Below, piece after piece: positions 27,781-36,259 of a DNA stretch of 40,511 bases; the first letter of the stretch is position 1; every line of letters begins with the position of its first letter. This DNA is from Candidatus Woesearchaeota archaeon. Lineage in GTDB: Archaea > Nanobdellota > Nanobdellia > Woesearchaeales > WJKL01. The notes beneath the pieces are model-generated. The model searched no databases, was not told where the DNA came from, and was given only the letters and a program-made list of their open reading frames with translations. The stretch spans positions 1 through 40,511 of the forward strand of contig JAAOYC010000018.1 of the NCBI GenBank assembly GCA_018221125.1, given 5' to 3'. The position numbers and the translations under genes are program-made.

Positions 27781-27912
27781 TTATGGAATCCAGCTGTCAC
27801 TGAATTGAATATCAAAGCTTTCCATTCCGCAACTTCTTTTTGTAATTCTTCTTATTTGTTGGTTAAACAAATCTTTTATTGTATCATGGCTTACATCGGA
27901 TGGGTTATACAT
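27781..27912 (-). CDS. 43-aa micro-ORF (unannotated)
   Basis: ATG preceded by GAGGTGA with a 5-nt spacer. Translation: MYNPSDVSHDTIKDLFNQQIRRITKRSCGMESFDIQFSDSWIP. It overlaps the end of the zinc-ribbon ORF by 22 nt. It falls below the apparent length cutoff of the ORF track. Confidence 0.3.
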   Translation of the reverse strand: MYNPSDVSHDTIKDLFNQQIRRITKRSCGMESFDIQFSDSWIP

Positions 27913-28034
27913 AATGAATCACCTCTCTTGGATTTTTGTAGATAACACTTAAGACACACTTTTTGGAAATTTGAGAAAAACGAATCCCTTGATTCAATCT
28001 CTTTTTCGCATTGTGCGCATGTTATCCATTTCAT
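27891..28034 (-). CDS. 47-aa zinc-ribbon micro-protein (unannotated)
   Basis: Hand translation: MKWITCAQCEKEIESRDSFFSNFQKVCLKCYLQKSKRGDSLCITHPM, with CxxC...CxxC. The ATG lies 30 nt after the start of the box-associated TATA, a leaderless geometry. Confidence 0.45.
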   Translation of the reverse strand: MKWITCAQCEKEIESRDSFFSNFQKVCLKCYLQKSKRGDSLCITHPM

Positions 28035-28056
28035 ATATTCTTTAGAATCTTTTTCC

Positions 28057-28095
28057 TTTAAATACTTCACGCGAGCAGATGTCCAGTGACCAGTG
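28057..28095 (-). promoter_or_regulatory. 16-nt box copy C (28080-28095) plus TATA-like TATTTAAA (28057-28064)
   Basis: Exact box on the minus strand, then a 15-nt spacer and a TATA octamer reading towards the zinc-ribbon ORF. Confidence 0.6.
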
Positions 28096-28147
28096 GTGTG
28101 TTAAAATGGCTGAGATGTTTGAATTTTGATAGTAGAAGACGAGAGAG

Positions 28148-28170
28148 CACTGGACAAAAAATTTATAAAA
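28148..28170 (+). promoter_or_regulatory. half-box CACTGGACA (28148-28156) plus TTTATAAAA (28162-28170)
   Basis: A single repeat unit of the box on the plus strand. It forms a 9-nt inverted repeat with 28080-28088. The TATA-like element lies about 27 nt upstream of ATG 28192. The 5-nt spacing differs from that of the full copies. Confidence 0.4.
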
Positions 28171-28191
28171 AACAAAAAAATTTACTTTTAT

Positions 28192-28527
28192 ATGGGAAAT
28201 CCAAGTAAAGCTTTGGTGAAAAAACCTTTTCTTGAAGCTAATTCGGGAGTGAAAAGAAATGATTTTGATCCAGATGCGCTAAAACAACTAATTGGAAGAG
28301 AGGCTGATTGTGATATCCAATCATTAGACAAGCATATATCAAGATACCATGCTGAACTACGGAAGGTAGGGGATAGGCATAACATTAGAGATACTAGCCG
28401 TAATGGGATTTATCTGGATGGAGAAAAGATTGATAAGGATAAATCTTATCTTCTTGAAAATGGAACAAAGATTGAACTTGGGCAGATGGGTGGAGTAAAA
28501 CTAATTTACCATTGCAAGAAATATTAG
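28192..28527 (+). CDS. FHA-domain protein
   Basis: IGREADCDI...ISRYHAEL...DTSRNGIYLDGEKI matches the FHA signature GR / SR.HA / S.NG. ATG at 28192 gives a leaderless geometry. The track start at 28126 is TTG. The 3' end overlaps orc1/cdc6 by 4 nt. Confidence 0.8.
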   Translation: MGNPSKALVKKPFLEANSGVKRNDFDPDALKQLIGREADCDIQSLDKHISRYHAELRKVGDRHNIRDTSRNGIYLDGEKIDKDKSYLLENGTKIELGQMGGVKLIYHCKKY

Positions 28528-29597
28528 AAATCAGTAAGTTTTTTTGTTGTTCCTTTATACCTGATTATTGTTGTATTTCCTTCTTCGCCGCCTTGTGTTT
28601 TTTCAGTTGTGATGTATTTGCCTTGTTCTAGTTTTTTGATTTTTCTCTGAAAGCTTTTGTAAGATAAAGAGCCGCTGTTTTCCTGATAGAGCTTGAATAA
28701 ATCTCCAATCTTGGTGTTGCTGTTTTTCTTTATTATATCAAGTATGCTTTTTGTATCATCCCGCAAATCTGTTGACTTCTTGATTGAGAATTCATCAAGC
28801 TTTTCAATTGCTTTTTTAACATGCTCTAAGGTTATTTTTTTGGCTGCATTGTCTTCTGCAATTGTGGCAGATTCTTTTAGCAGATATAACCCAGAACGGA
28901 TATCAGAAAGCTCTGCTGTTCTTTTAGCAGCTGTGTTGAATGCTTCATCATCCCAGACTCCTGGAACAAATGCATATTTTAATCTGTGTTTTAAGATGCC
29001 TTTTGTTTCTTCTGCATTGTACTGCCTGAATTCAACCAGTTCTGCTGTTAATCTTGACTTGACCCTTTCATCAAGGGAATTAAGCCAGGATTTGTAGTTT
29101 GTAATCAGGAAAATAGATTTTCTGTATATTTCTTCCAGAATGGTGTAAAGAAATTCAAGGTCTTCCAGCTTGTCAATCTCATCCAAGACAAAAACAGCTG
29201 TTTTTTGGTTGACTATTTTCTTTATTTCTTCTATTAATTCATCTGCTCTTTTATTTTGAGTGAATCTATAGCCTAATTGCTCGCAGATATCTGTTATTAT
29301 CTTGAATGTTGTGTTTTTTTTCCAGCAGTTTATGTAAATAGGATAGACATCATCTGTTTCATTTTCCAGGTCTCTTAGAACATGCCTTACTGCTGCTGTT
29401 TTTCCAATTCCAGGAGGGCCATGTATCAGAAGATTTTTTCCATTTCGCTTTTGCAGCAATGGCTTAATGCAGTTAGCTAGATAGAACTGCTCCTTTTCCC
29501 TGTAAGGAAGAAGCTTTGGCAAGAAATCATAATCTAATGCAATTTCATCCCTAAATAGAGATTCATTTTCCTTAAGCATATCTTTGAATAAGTTCAT
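28524..29597 (-). CDS. cdc6: Orc1/Cdc6 replication initiator (compact)
   Basis: LLIHGPPGIGKTAAV Walker A, VFVLDEID Walker B, and a C-terminal winged-helix region. Confidence 0.9.
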   Translation of the reverse strand: MNLFKDMLKENESLFRDEIALDYDFLPKLLPYREKEQFYLANCIKPLLQKRNGKNLLIHGPPGIGKTAAVRHVLRDLENETDDVYPIYINCWKKNTTFKIITDICEQLGYRFTQNKRADELIEEIKKIVNQKTAVFVLDEIDKLEDLEFLYTILEEIYRKSIFLITNYKSWLNSLDERVKSRLTAELVEFRQYNAEETKGILKHRLKYAFVPGVWDDEAFNTAAKRTAELSDIRSGLYLLKESATIAEDNAAKKITLEHVKKAIEKLDEFSIKKSTDLRDDTKSILDIIKKNSNTKIGDLFKLYQENSGSLSYKSFQRKIKKLEQGKYITTEKTQGGEEGNTTIIRYKGTTKKLTDF

Positions 29598-29705
29598 CTA
29601 AAGCCCCTCTTGTTTAAGAATAGTTTTAAGAGATTTAAAAATTTTTGGTTTTCAGTTAAGTTTTTATACTTTTAAATTTAATTTAGTTAAAAAAGAGGTG
29701 AATAT

Positions 29706-30008
29706 ATGGGAAAGAGAGCTCCTGTTAAGATAGTTGTGTTAGATGTTTTAAAACCGCATGAACCTAATATTCTTGATTTAGGAAGAGCATTATGTCAGGA
29801 TTCTAATGTTCTTGATGTGAATGTTTCTGTTTATGCTGTTGACGAAAAGACAGAGTCAACTAAGGTAACAATCTCTGGCAAGGATATTGATTTTGATCAG
29901 ATAAAAAAGATTGTAGATGATAATGGAGCTGTTATCCACAGTATTGATAAAGTTGTTGTTGGAAAGAAAGAAATTATTCCTGTACCTCCTGAAGTTTCTC
30001 TTAAATGA
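29706..30008 (+). CDS. DUF211-family protein
   Basis: VLDVLKPHEPNILDL ... VTISGKDIDFDQIKKIVDDNGAVIHSIDKV matches the family pattern as I recall it. SD GAGGTGA lies upstream. Confidence 0.75.
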   Translation: MGKRAPVKIVVLDVLKPHEPNILDLGRALCQDSNVLDVNVSVYAVDEKTESTKVTISGKDIDFDQIKKIVDDNGAVIHSIDKVVVGKKEIIPVPPEVSLK

Positions 30009-30586
30009 GCTTTGTAAATAAATTCAAATTACTGTATCAGCATAAAATAGTTAGAAGGTATATTGTTACTAATGCTTTTGACGGAGCATTGACGATATTG
30101 GGAATTCTTTTAGCTATGTTCTTTGCAGGTATAGAAGACCCTCGTTTAATAATCCTGCCTGGAATAGGTTCAGCTATTGCTTTGGGAGTTTCTGGTGTAT
30201 GGGGGGCTTATGCTGCTGAGACTAGCGAAACTGCCAATAAGATGAAAGAACTTGAAAGGCATCTTTTAGTTAAGTTAGGAAAAAGCAATATAAGCAAAAA
30301 AGCAAGCAAGATGGCTTATTTTATCTCTTTTGTTAATGGAACAATACCCTTGATGGTGTCTTTTTTGATATTGTCTCCCTTTTTTATTGTAATATTTAAT
30401 GTATTTTCTGTTGATGTTGGTTATTTGCTGGCTCTTATTATTGCATCTGTAATCTTATTTTTGTTAGGAGTTTTTACAGGATTTACAGCAAAAGAAAATA
30501 TGATCAAGAACGGATTCAAAATGCTTTTAGCAGGGGTTGTGATAGGAGCTATATTCTTTATTCTTGCCAGATTAGGATTGTTGTAG
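30005..30586 (+). CDS. VIT1/CCC1-related membrane protein (TIGR00267-like)
   Basis: Multi-TM protein with the N-terminal NAFDGALTILGI motif. Its start overlaps the DUF211 gene by 4 nt. I recall these two families as a common gene pair. Confidence 0.55.
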   Translation: MSFVNKFKLLYQHKIVRRYIVTNAFDGALTILGILLAMFFAGIEDPRLIILPGIGSAIALGVSGVWGAYAAETSETANKMKELERHLLVKLGKSNISKKASKMAYFISFVNGTIPLMVSFLILSPFFIVIFNVFSVDVGYLLALIIASVILFLLGVFTGFTAKENMIKNGFKMLLAGVVIGAIFFILARLGLL

Positions 30587-30588
30587 AA

Positions 30589-30798
30589 TTAAATCAATCC
30601 TTTAATCATATAATGGCTGCTTAGAAGTATTGTTATTGCTGCTGCTACAGAAACTATATAACTCAATAATTCATTGCTTGGAAGGATAAACAAATCTGCC
30701 AATCCCCAGATTCCACGCCAAAACAGGACAATACCAATTGCTATAACTACTGCAAATATTCTTTTTTGATTTTTCTTCAGGTTTTTGAAGTCTTTCAT
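30589..30798 (-). CDS. small two-TM membrane protein
   Basis: 69 aa with two hydrophobic helices. Its start overlaps the serS stop by 4 nt. Confidence 0.5.
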   Translation of the reverse strand: MKDFKNLKKNQKRIFAVVIAIGIVLFWRGIWGLADLFILPSNELLSYIVSVAAAITILLSSHYMIKGLI

Positions 30799-32075
30799 TT
30801 CTTTGCCTCAATCTTTGTCTTTCCATTCATATAAGGCTGAAGAACTTTTGGTATGTTTACTGAACCATCTTTGTTTTGATAGTTTTCCAGGATTGCAACC
30901 ATTGCTCTTGATGTTGCCATAACTGTGTTGTTCAAAGTATGAACAAAATATTTTTCTTTTTTGTCTGTAGCTTTGATGTTTAATCTTCTTGCCTGCGCTG
31001 CTTCCATGTTTGTCAAAGAAGTTATTTCAAAATATTCTTTTCTTCTTGGAGACCAGGCTTCTAAGTCTGATGACTTTGCTTTTAGATCTCCCAGATCTCC
31101 TGAGCAGCATTCGACTTCTCTTATCGGAAGGCCTAATTTTTTGAATATTGTTTTTGAATGTTTGTTCATCTCATCATAGAATTTGTATGAGTCTTCTGGC
31201 TCGCAGATAACAATCATTTCCTGTTTATTGAACTGATGTGTCCTGTATAATCCTTTTTCATCTATTCCATGGCTTCCAATCTCTTTTCTAAAGCAAGCTG
31301 AGAATCCTGTAATCTTGATTGGAAGTTTTTCTTTATTGATTGTTTTGTTGATAAACATCCCAATCAATGGATGTTCTGAAGTTGCTATCAGAAACAAATC
31401 TTCTCCTTCTATTTTGTAAGCCATCTGCTGGATTTCTTCATGAGAATAAACTCCTGTAAGTATCTCTTGTTTTATCATCAATGGAGGCTCTATGTATTGA
31501 TAATCCTGTTTTACCATATAATCGCGGGCAAAATTGACTAATGCCATGTTTAGCAATGCCAAATCTCCTTTGAGATAATAAAATCCATTGCCTGATATTT
31601 TTGCAGATGTGTCAAAATCAGCAACATCTAAATTTTCTGCAATCTCTACATGGGATTTTACATCAAAATCAAACTTCTTTGGCTTGCCAATAGTTTCTCT
31701 TACTTTGTTTTCTTTATCATTTTTTCCAGTTGGAACAGATTTATGAATCATATTAGGGATTATGTAGAGAAGCTGTTTGATTTCTATTTTTAATTTTTTT
31801 AATTTATCTTCAACTTCTCTTATCTGGTCTGGAATCTTTTTTGCTTTATTTACTAATCTAGAAATATCATCTCCAATCTTTTTTGCTTTATTTATATCAG
31901 AGGTAATTTTATTTCTTTCAAATCTTAGTTTTTCAGATTCCTGAAGAAGTTCTCTGTATTCTTGGTCTTTTTTTATCAAGTCATCTACTGCTTGTATTTT
32001 TTCATCCTGGAACTTCTTTTTTATGTTTTCTTTTACTTTTTCAGGATTTTCCCTTATGAATTTGATATCTAACAT
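30795..32075 (-). CDS. serS: seryl-tRNA synthetase
   Basis: N-terminal coiled-coil arm MLDIKFIRENPE, and class II motifs FRKEIGSHG and HTLNNTVMATSRAMVAILENYQ. Confidence 0.95.
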   Translation of the reverse strand: MLDIKFIRENPEKVKENIKKKFQDEKIQAVDDLIKKDQEYRELLQESEKLRFERNKITSDINKAKKIGDDISRLVNKAKKIPDQIREVEDKLKKLKIEIKQLLYIIPNMIHKSVPTGKNDKENKVRETIGKPKKFDFDVKSHVEIAENLDVADFDTSAKISGNGFYYLKGDLALLNMALVNFARDYMVKQDYQYIEPPLMIKQEILTGVYSHEEIQQMAYKIEGEDLFLIATSEHPLIGMFINKTINKEKLPIKITGFSACFRKEIGSHGIDEKGLYRTHQFNKQEMIVICEPEDSYKFYDEMNKHSKTIFKKLGLPIREVECCSGDLGDLKAKSSDLEAWSPRRKEYFEITSLTNMEAAQARRLNIKATDKKEKYFVHTLNNTVMATSRAMVAILENYQNKDGSVNIPKVLQPYMNGKTKIEAKK

Positions 32076-32212
32076 ATTGACTAATTTAAATAGAACTCCT
32101 ATATAAAATTACTCAATTTTTAACAGCTATTTAATGAGACGAAAAACACCAAAAAGTTTATATAGGAGATATGCTATAATAGTCCTGAGGGAGTAGCAGA
32201 GATTGGGGGCTG

Positions 32213-32677
32213 GTGGATAGACCAGCAATGTTTGAAGCAAAAACATCAACAACAGAGAAGGAGGATATAAGTTTCAGAGTTTCTAATTCAAAAGACTATC
32301 ATTATAGGGGCATATCTTATGATGGAATACAATATGAATTAGAAGCCAAACCTGATGATAGGGGGCTTGTTGATCTTACAATTCGAAGAGAGGGTATTCC
32401 TAAAGAAGCTAGATTTCTTTCACCTACTATGCATGATGCAAGGGCAGTTATTTCTTCACTTTGTTATGAGCCTAAGGATGTAGATTATGTATTCAAACAA
32501 TATGCAGATTTGCCTAATATAGGTAATAAAGTAAGTCACTCTAAATTATTAGATATAATTCACAAAGACTCTAAATTAGTATCAACACGTACTATGTATC
32601 CGTCTGAAGCATTCTTAGAAGCTTTTAGAGCACCTACAAAAAGATGTCCAAACTTAATTCCATCATACCAAAGTTAA
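32213..32677 (+). CDS. hypothetical protein (orphan)
   Basis: ORF only. The start is uncertain: GTG at 32213 or ATG at 32228. Confidence 0.45.
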   Translation: MDRPAMFEAKTSTTEKEDISFRVSNSKDYHYRGISYDGIQYELEAKPDDRGLVDLTIRREGIPKEARFLSPTMHDARAVISSLCYEPKDVDYVFKQYADLPNIGNKVSHSKLLDIIHKDSKLVSTRTMYPSEAFLEAFRAPTKRCPNLIPSYQS

Positions 32678-32809
32678 TCGCTGCAAAAGGATTTTATGCA
32701 GCAACTCATGAGTTAAAAAGAGAAGATATTCCTTACAAGGGATTTAATTTCAAAGCTTCATAGCCATTTTTTTGTGTTTGGTTGGGTTTTTTAGAAAGGT
32801 GAACCCAAC

Positions 32810-33547
32810 ATGAAATCAGTGCAGGAAATAGCCGTAACAAGAGAAGATAAGAACAGTTTAGAAGATAATATTTCTAGTAGAAAAATAATAGTTGAATCGA
32901 ATGATATTTATGGAAATGAGTTTAAATTCTATACTTGCAATGATCATTACAATGAAGACCAGCGAAAATGTGCGGTTGGTTATATAAAAGAAAATGAAAT
33001 TTCTTTTGAAGAAATAGCTTCAATTTTTTCAAGAGATATATTTATGAAGAAGGAAGGAAATTACAGAGCTCAGAAAAATGATTTTTTATATTACGATGGA
33101 GTGTTATATACCCAAGATGTTGATGGAAAAGAAATAAGAATATCCAAATTTTCAGAAAAAGAGATTGCAAGACTTCAAAATTATTTTGATATTGAAGTAG
33201 ATAATTCTGAGATGATCCAGCAAAAAAAAGTTGATGTCTATCACGGCGATTTTGACCCCTTAGGATTGATGGCTAAGTTTGATTTTCATTATAAGGCTCA
33301 ATTAAGAAAAGCTTTTGATGGAATATATTTTATTGCCAGCATAAATGGAAGTGTTTTTGAAAGAGGCAAATGGATAATTGGAAAGAAAAATAAAGCTAGG
33401 AGAGCTTTTAATTATCTTACCTTTAATGTAAAAGAATGCAATAAACATCTTGTAAGACTGCAAAAAAAACATCAAAAAACCGAAGTAAATTTTGATGAAT
33501 TTTTACAAGAAGAAGATATATCTTTAGAAGAAATTCTTGCAGCTTAG
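32810..33547 (+). CDS. hypothetical protein (orphan)
   Basis: ORF preceded by AAGGTGA. No motif recognised. Confidence 0.5.
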   Translation: MKSVQEIAVTREDKNSLEDNISSRKIIVESNDIYGNEFKFYTCNDHYNEDQRKCAVGYIKENEISFEEIASIFSRDIFMKKEGNYRAQKNDFLYYDGVLYTQDVDGKEIRISKFSEKEIARLQNYFDIEVDNSEMIQQKKVDVYHGDFDPLGLMAKFDFHYKAQLRKAFDGIYFIASINGSVFERGKWIIGKKNKARRAFNYLTFNVKECNKHLVRLQKKHQKTEVNFDEFLQEEDISLEEILAA

Positions 33548-35176
33548 TTATCTTCGTCTATTACCTTTTCTTCGCTTTCTATTTTTTTTGTTTCCTTCAA
33601 CCCCAACAAGTTCCTGGATATCTAAGCTTAAGCCAAGTTCTTGTTCAATCTCTCCAATGTGCTTTCCGCCTTTTCCTATGATTCCAGGGATTGCATATTC
33701 TGGAACACGGACAATTGCCTTGTTTGTTGAGATAACTTCAACATCAACATCATCAGCATACATCTGGAAATATCTTTTGATTGGGTCTTCTAGAAGTCTT
33801 AGTATTGGAGATTTTTTCCCTGTTGCTTTTACTGGAACAACAACTGTCTCTTCTCCATAGCTATATAATTCAAATTCAAGTTTTGTTGTTTCAAAGTCTG
33901 TTACTGTTACAACTGGACGAGCTAAATCTGCTTCTGTCATTCCTGACGGCACTTTGACTTCCATCTGCAGAGAAAGGACTTTGTTAATCTGTCCATCTTT
34001 TATGAAAATAACTGTGTCAATAATATGGGGAATAACTCCTAATTCAATCTTTCCAACAAATCTCTGGATAGCATCAACTGGAGCTGTTGCGTGGATAACT
34101 CCTGCTAATCCAATTCCTGATAATCTTAAGTCTGCAAATAATGCAAAGTCTTCTTTATTTCTCATCTCATCAAATAAAGTGTAATCTGGCCTTGATAACA
34201 ACAGGATATCATGGATTTCCTGTGAAGAGCCATGTGAAATTGCATATTGAGTTATTGTATCTGGAAGAACTAAATCACGGGGAGCTTCAATTGTCTTTAC
34301 TATTTTTCCTTTTTCAGCATAGAATTCTGCCAGTGCTGCTGCAAAAGTTGATTTTCCCATTCCAGGAGCTCCTGCAATCAATATTCCTTCTGCCTGTTCT
34401 GCAAGTCTTTTTTGAAGTTTTTCTGAGATGCTATAATCATTGATTGAAAGATGTTTTACTGGTCTTACTGCAGTGATTTCCCAGCCGTCTGAAAATGGAG
34501 GACGAGTTATAACAATCCTGAATTTTCCTAACTGAACAATTGTTGAGCCTTCCCTTTCAATCTCAATAAATCCATCCAGAGAAGCTCTCGCTTCTTCTAT
34601 TATCTCTGAGCTGATCTCTTTGATTTCTTCTTTATCTATCTTTGAATCTCTTATTTTTGTGAATTCCCATTTTCCTGGCTGTCCTTTTTTAGCTGCTGGA
34701 AATGTATTGTCCCTTAAATGGACAGACATTGTTGCTGCATCAAAGAAAGATTGTAATTTTAGTTTCTTTGTTTTTGCATATTTTTCAATCAAAATATATT
34801 TCATGCCTCTTGCCTGCGCAACCTTGGCTTGTATCTTGTCTGCAGTCATCAAGGTAGCATCTTCTTCATAGGCTAGCTGGCGAATCAGAGCATCAATCTC
34901 TCCTAAAGAAGCATATTTTATTTCTCCTGCAGAAGGCCTTTTTCCCGAAAATAATATTTCAAAATTATTTTTGGATAATTTTCTTAGTTTTTCTATTTCA
35001 TCCAATCCGATATGGCCAATTGCCTTTCCTTCATTAGCTTGATGTTCTAGTTCAGCTAAGACAGCTTCATGGATTATCAATGAGACTATTTCAATCTCTT
35101 TTTCCTGCAGTTTTTTTGACACCAGTCCCTCAACAATGACTGAGGTGTCTGGAATCAGTTTTTCGATTTTTTGCAT
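33548..35176 (-). CDS. PIN-domain / PilT-like ATPase / KH-domain protein
   Basis: N-terminal PIN-like IPDTSVIVEG, Walker A GAPGMGKST, and C-terminal KH GIIGKGGKHIGEIE. I start it at MQKIEKL (35176) because the track extension to 35278 runs into tRNA-Ser. Confidence 0.85.
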   Translation of the reverse strand: MQKIEKLIPDTSVIVEGLVSKKLQEKEIEIVSLIIHEAVLAELEHQANEGKAIGHIGLDEIEKLRKLSKNNFEILFSGKRPSAGEIKYASLGEIDALIRQLAYEEDATLMTADKIQAKVAQARGMKYILIEKYAKTKKLKLQSFFDAATMSVHLRDNTFPAAKKGQPGKWEFTKIRDSKIDKEEIKEISSEIIEEARASLDGFIEIEREGSTIVQLGKFRIVITRPPFSDGWEITAVRPVKHLSINDYSISEKLQKRLAEQAEGILIAGAPGMGKSTFAAALAEFYAEKGKIVKTIEAPRDLVLPDTITQYAISHGSSQEIHDILLLSRPDYTLFDEMRNKEDFALFADLRLSGIGLAGVIHATAPVDAIQRFVGKIELGVIPHIIDTVIFIKDGQINKVLSLQMEVKVPSGMTEADLARPVVTVTDFETTKLEFELYSYGEETVVVPVKATGKKSPILRLLEDPIKRYFQMYADDVDVEVISTNKAIVRVPEYAIPGIIGKGGKHIGEIEQELGLSLDIQELVGVEGNKKNRKRRKGNRRR

Positions 35177-35187
35177 TTTAAAAATGA

Positions 35188-35311
35188 CGCCGAGGATGAG
35201 ATTTGAACTCATGTGCCCCGAAGGACAATAGATTTTTGTGTGCCATTGTAAGTTTCTTACGAACAATGTTCGTAGCAATCTACCGCAATGGCCAGACTAT
35301 GCGACCTCGGC
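35188..35311 (-). tRNA. tRNA-Ser(GCU), type II, with a 39-nt intron at 37/38
   Basis: Hand fold of the reverse complement. Acceptor GCCGAGG/CCTCGGC, D stem GCA/TGC, anticodon stem GTAGA/TCTAT (one G-U), loop TT-GCT-A[intron 35234-35272]A, long variable arm TGTCC-TTCG-GGGCA, T arm ATGAG-TTCAAAT-CTCAT, discriminator G. CTTTAAAAA lies about 30 nt upstream. Confidence 0.8.
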
Positions 35312-35348
35312 TTAGTATGTTGGAATCCTAGTGGCTTTTTAAAGATTT

Positions 35349-36071
35349 CTATAAATTATATTTTTTAACTAATTGAACAAAACGTTTTTTATTAAACGGA
35401 ATTCTAAATCCTATTTCTTTAAATTTTGCAAAATTTTCTTTTTTATAAATAGATATTCTATATTGCCTAGTCCTATTTATTCCTCCAATTCTCGGTTTGA
35501 TGTAAGATTCTATATCTAAACTAGCTAAAATCTTCTTTATATCAAAGGCAAATTCTTCATCTTTTGTAATGAATCTAATTTCACTTAAAGATTTTAATAT
35601 TGTTCCTTCCATATCATAAGCTTGCTGCAGATATGCAATTCTAACTGATTTAGAAGAACCAAAAATCCAAGATGGAATTCTCATCTGTTCATTTGATTTG
35701 GGGATTCCAATAATATGATAACAGAATCTTGCTAATGTTTTTGAGTTAGTATAAATGTCAGTGCAACCTTTTTTGTCTATTTTTGTAAATATTTTATTCT
35801 TTGGAGAAAATATCTTTGTTATCAAATCTCTAAATAACTTTATTTTATTTAAATCTTTTTTCTGATGAAAATATATTCTCATCAAATCTTTTATTAAACT
35901 ACCATCGGGCATCATTCCAGCAAACCTTGCACAATCTTCATCTAATTGAAATGGTATTTTAATAAATATATTATTCCTTCCATTACCATATTTCAATTTA
36001 TATTTGCTATAATGAGGAGAAATTTCAAAATACCTCTCCAATAAATCTTTGGTTATTTTATTTGATTTCAT
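35349..36071 (-). CDS. divergent LAGLIDADG homing-endonuclease family protein
   Basis: Degenerate motif 1 CARFAGMMPDGS and motif 2 IAYLQQAYDMEGT, with acidic residues retained. The C-terminus RISIYKKENFAKFKEIGF parallels RIRKKEDMVKFLKEISF of the 5303..6262 protein. Confidence 0.75.
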   Translation of the reverse strand: MKSNKITKDLLERYFEISPHYSKYKLKYGNGRNNIFIKIPFQLDEDCARFAGMMPDGSLIKDLMRIYFHQKKDLNKIKLFRDLITKIFSPKNKIFTKIDKKGCTDIYTNSKTLARFCYHIIGIPKSNEQMRIPSWIFGSSKSVRIAYLQQAYDMEGTILKSLSEIRFITKDEEFAFDIKKILASLDIESYIKPRIGGINRTRQYRISIYKKENFAKFKEIGFRIPFNKKRFVQLVKKYNL

Positions 36072-36110
36072 TTGAATCTAATCTTAATAACTATCTAAAT
36101 GATTTTCTTG

Positions 36111-36147
36111 TTTATAAGCTCTATGGCTACTTGTCCAGTGACCAGTG
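36111..36147 (-). promoter_or_regulatory. 16-nt box copy B (36132-36147) plus TATA-like TTATAAA (36111-36117)
   Basis: Exact box on the minus strand, then a 14-nt spacer and a TATA. The ATG of the LAGLIDADG gene lies 46 nt after the TATA start. Confidence 0.6.
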
Positions 36148-36259
36148 GAAAAATTATAATTTAACAATTATTCATTAAGGATAATTGAAATCAATTAGAA
36201 TTACAAAGATACCCATTATAGCAAGTTTTATAAAAGGATATATGTTTTTTTGACAATAT

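Noticed and set aside
27583-28191. Replication origin next to orc1/cdc6, suggested by the long intergenic region and ORB-like TCCAGTG/CCAGTGG in the 16-nt box
   Set aside because: The region lies beyond the 3' end of orc1/cdc6 with the FHA gene in between. It is largely filled by two micro-ORFs and a terminator. I saw no AT-rich unwinding element flanked by multiple ORBs. The same box occurs at four other loci, each tied to a TATA box, and the GAAA part of ORB elements is not conserved. A promoter-proximal operator fits better. The short orc1/cdc6 upstream spacer (29598-29705) shows no repeats either.
35177-35278. N-terminal 34-aa extension of the PIN-PilT ATPase ORF (track start 35278)
   Set aside because: The extension reads through the 3' half of tRNA-Ser(GCU). 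The internal MQKIEKLIPDTS start matches the beginning of the PIN domain.
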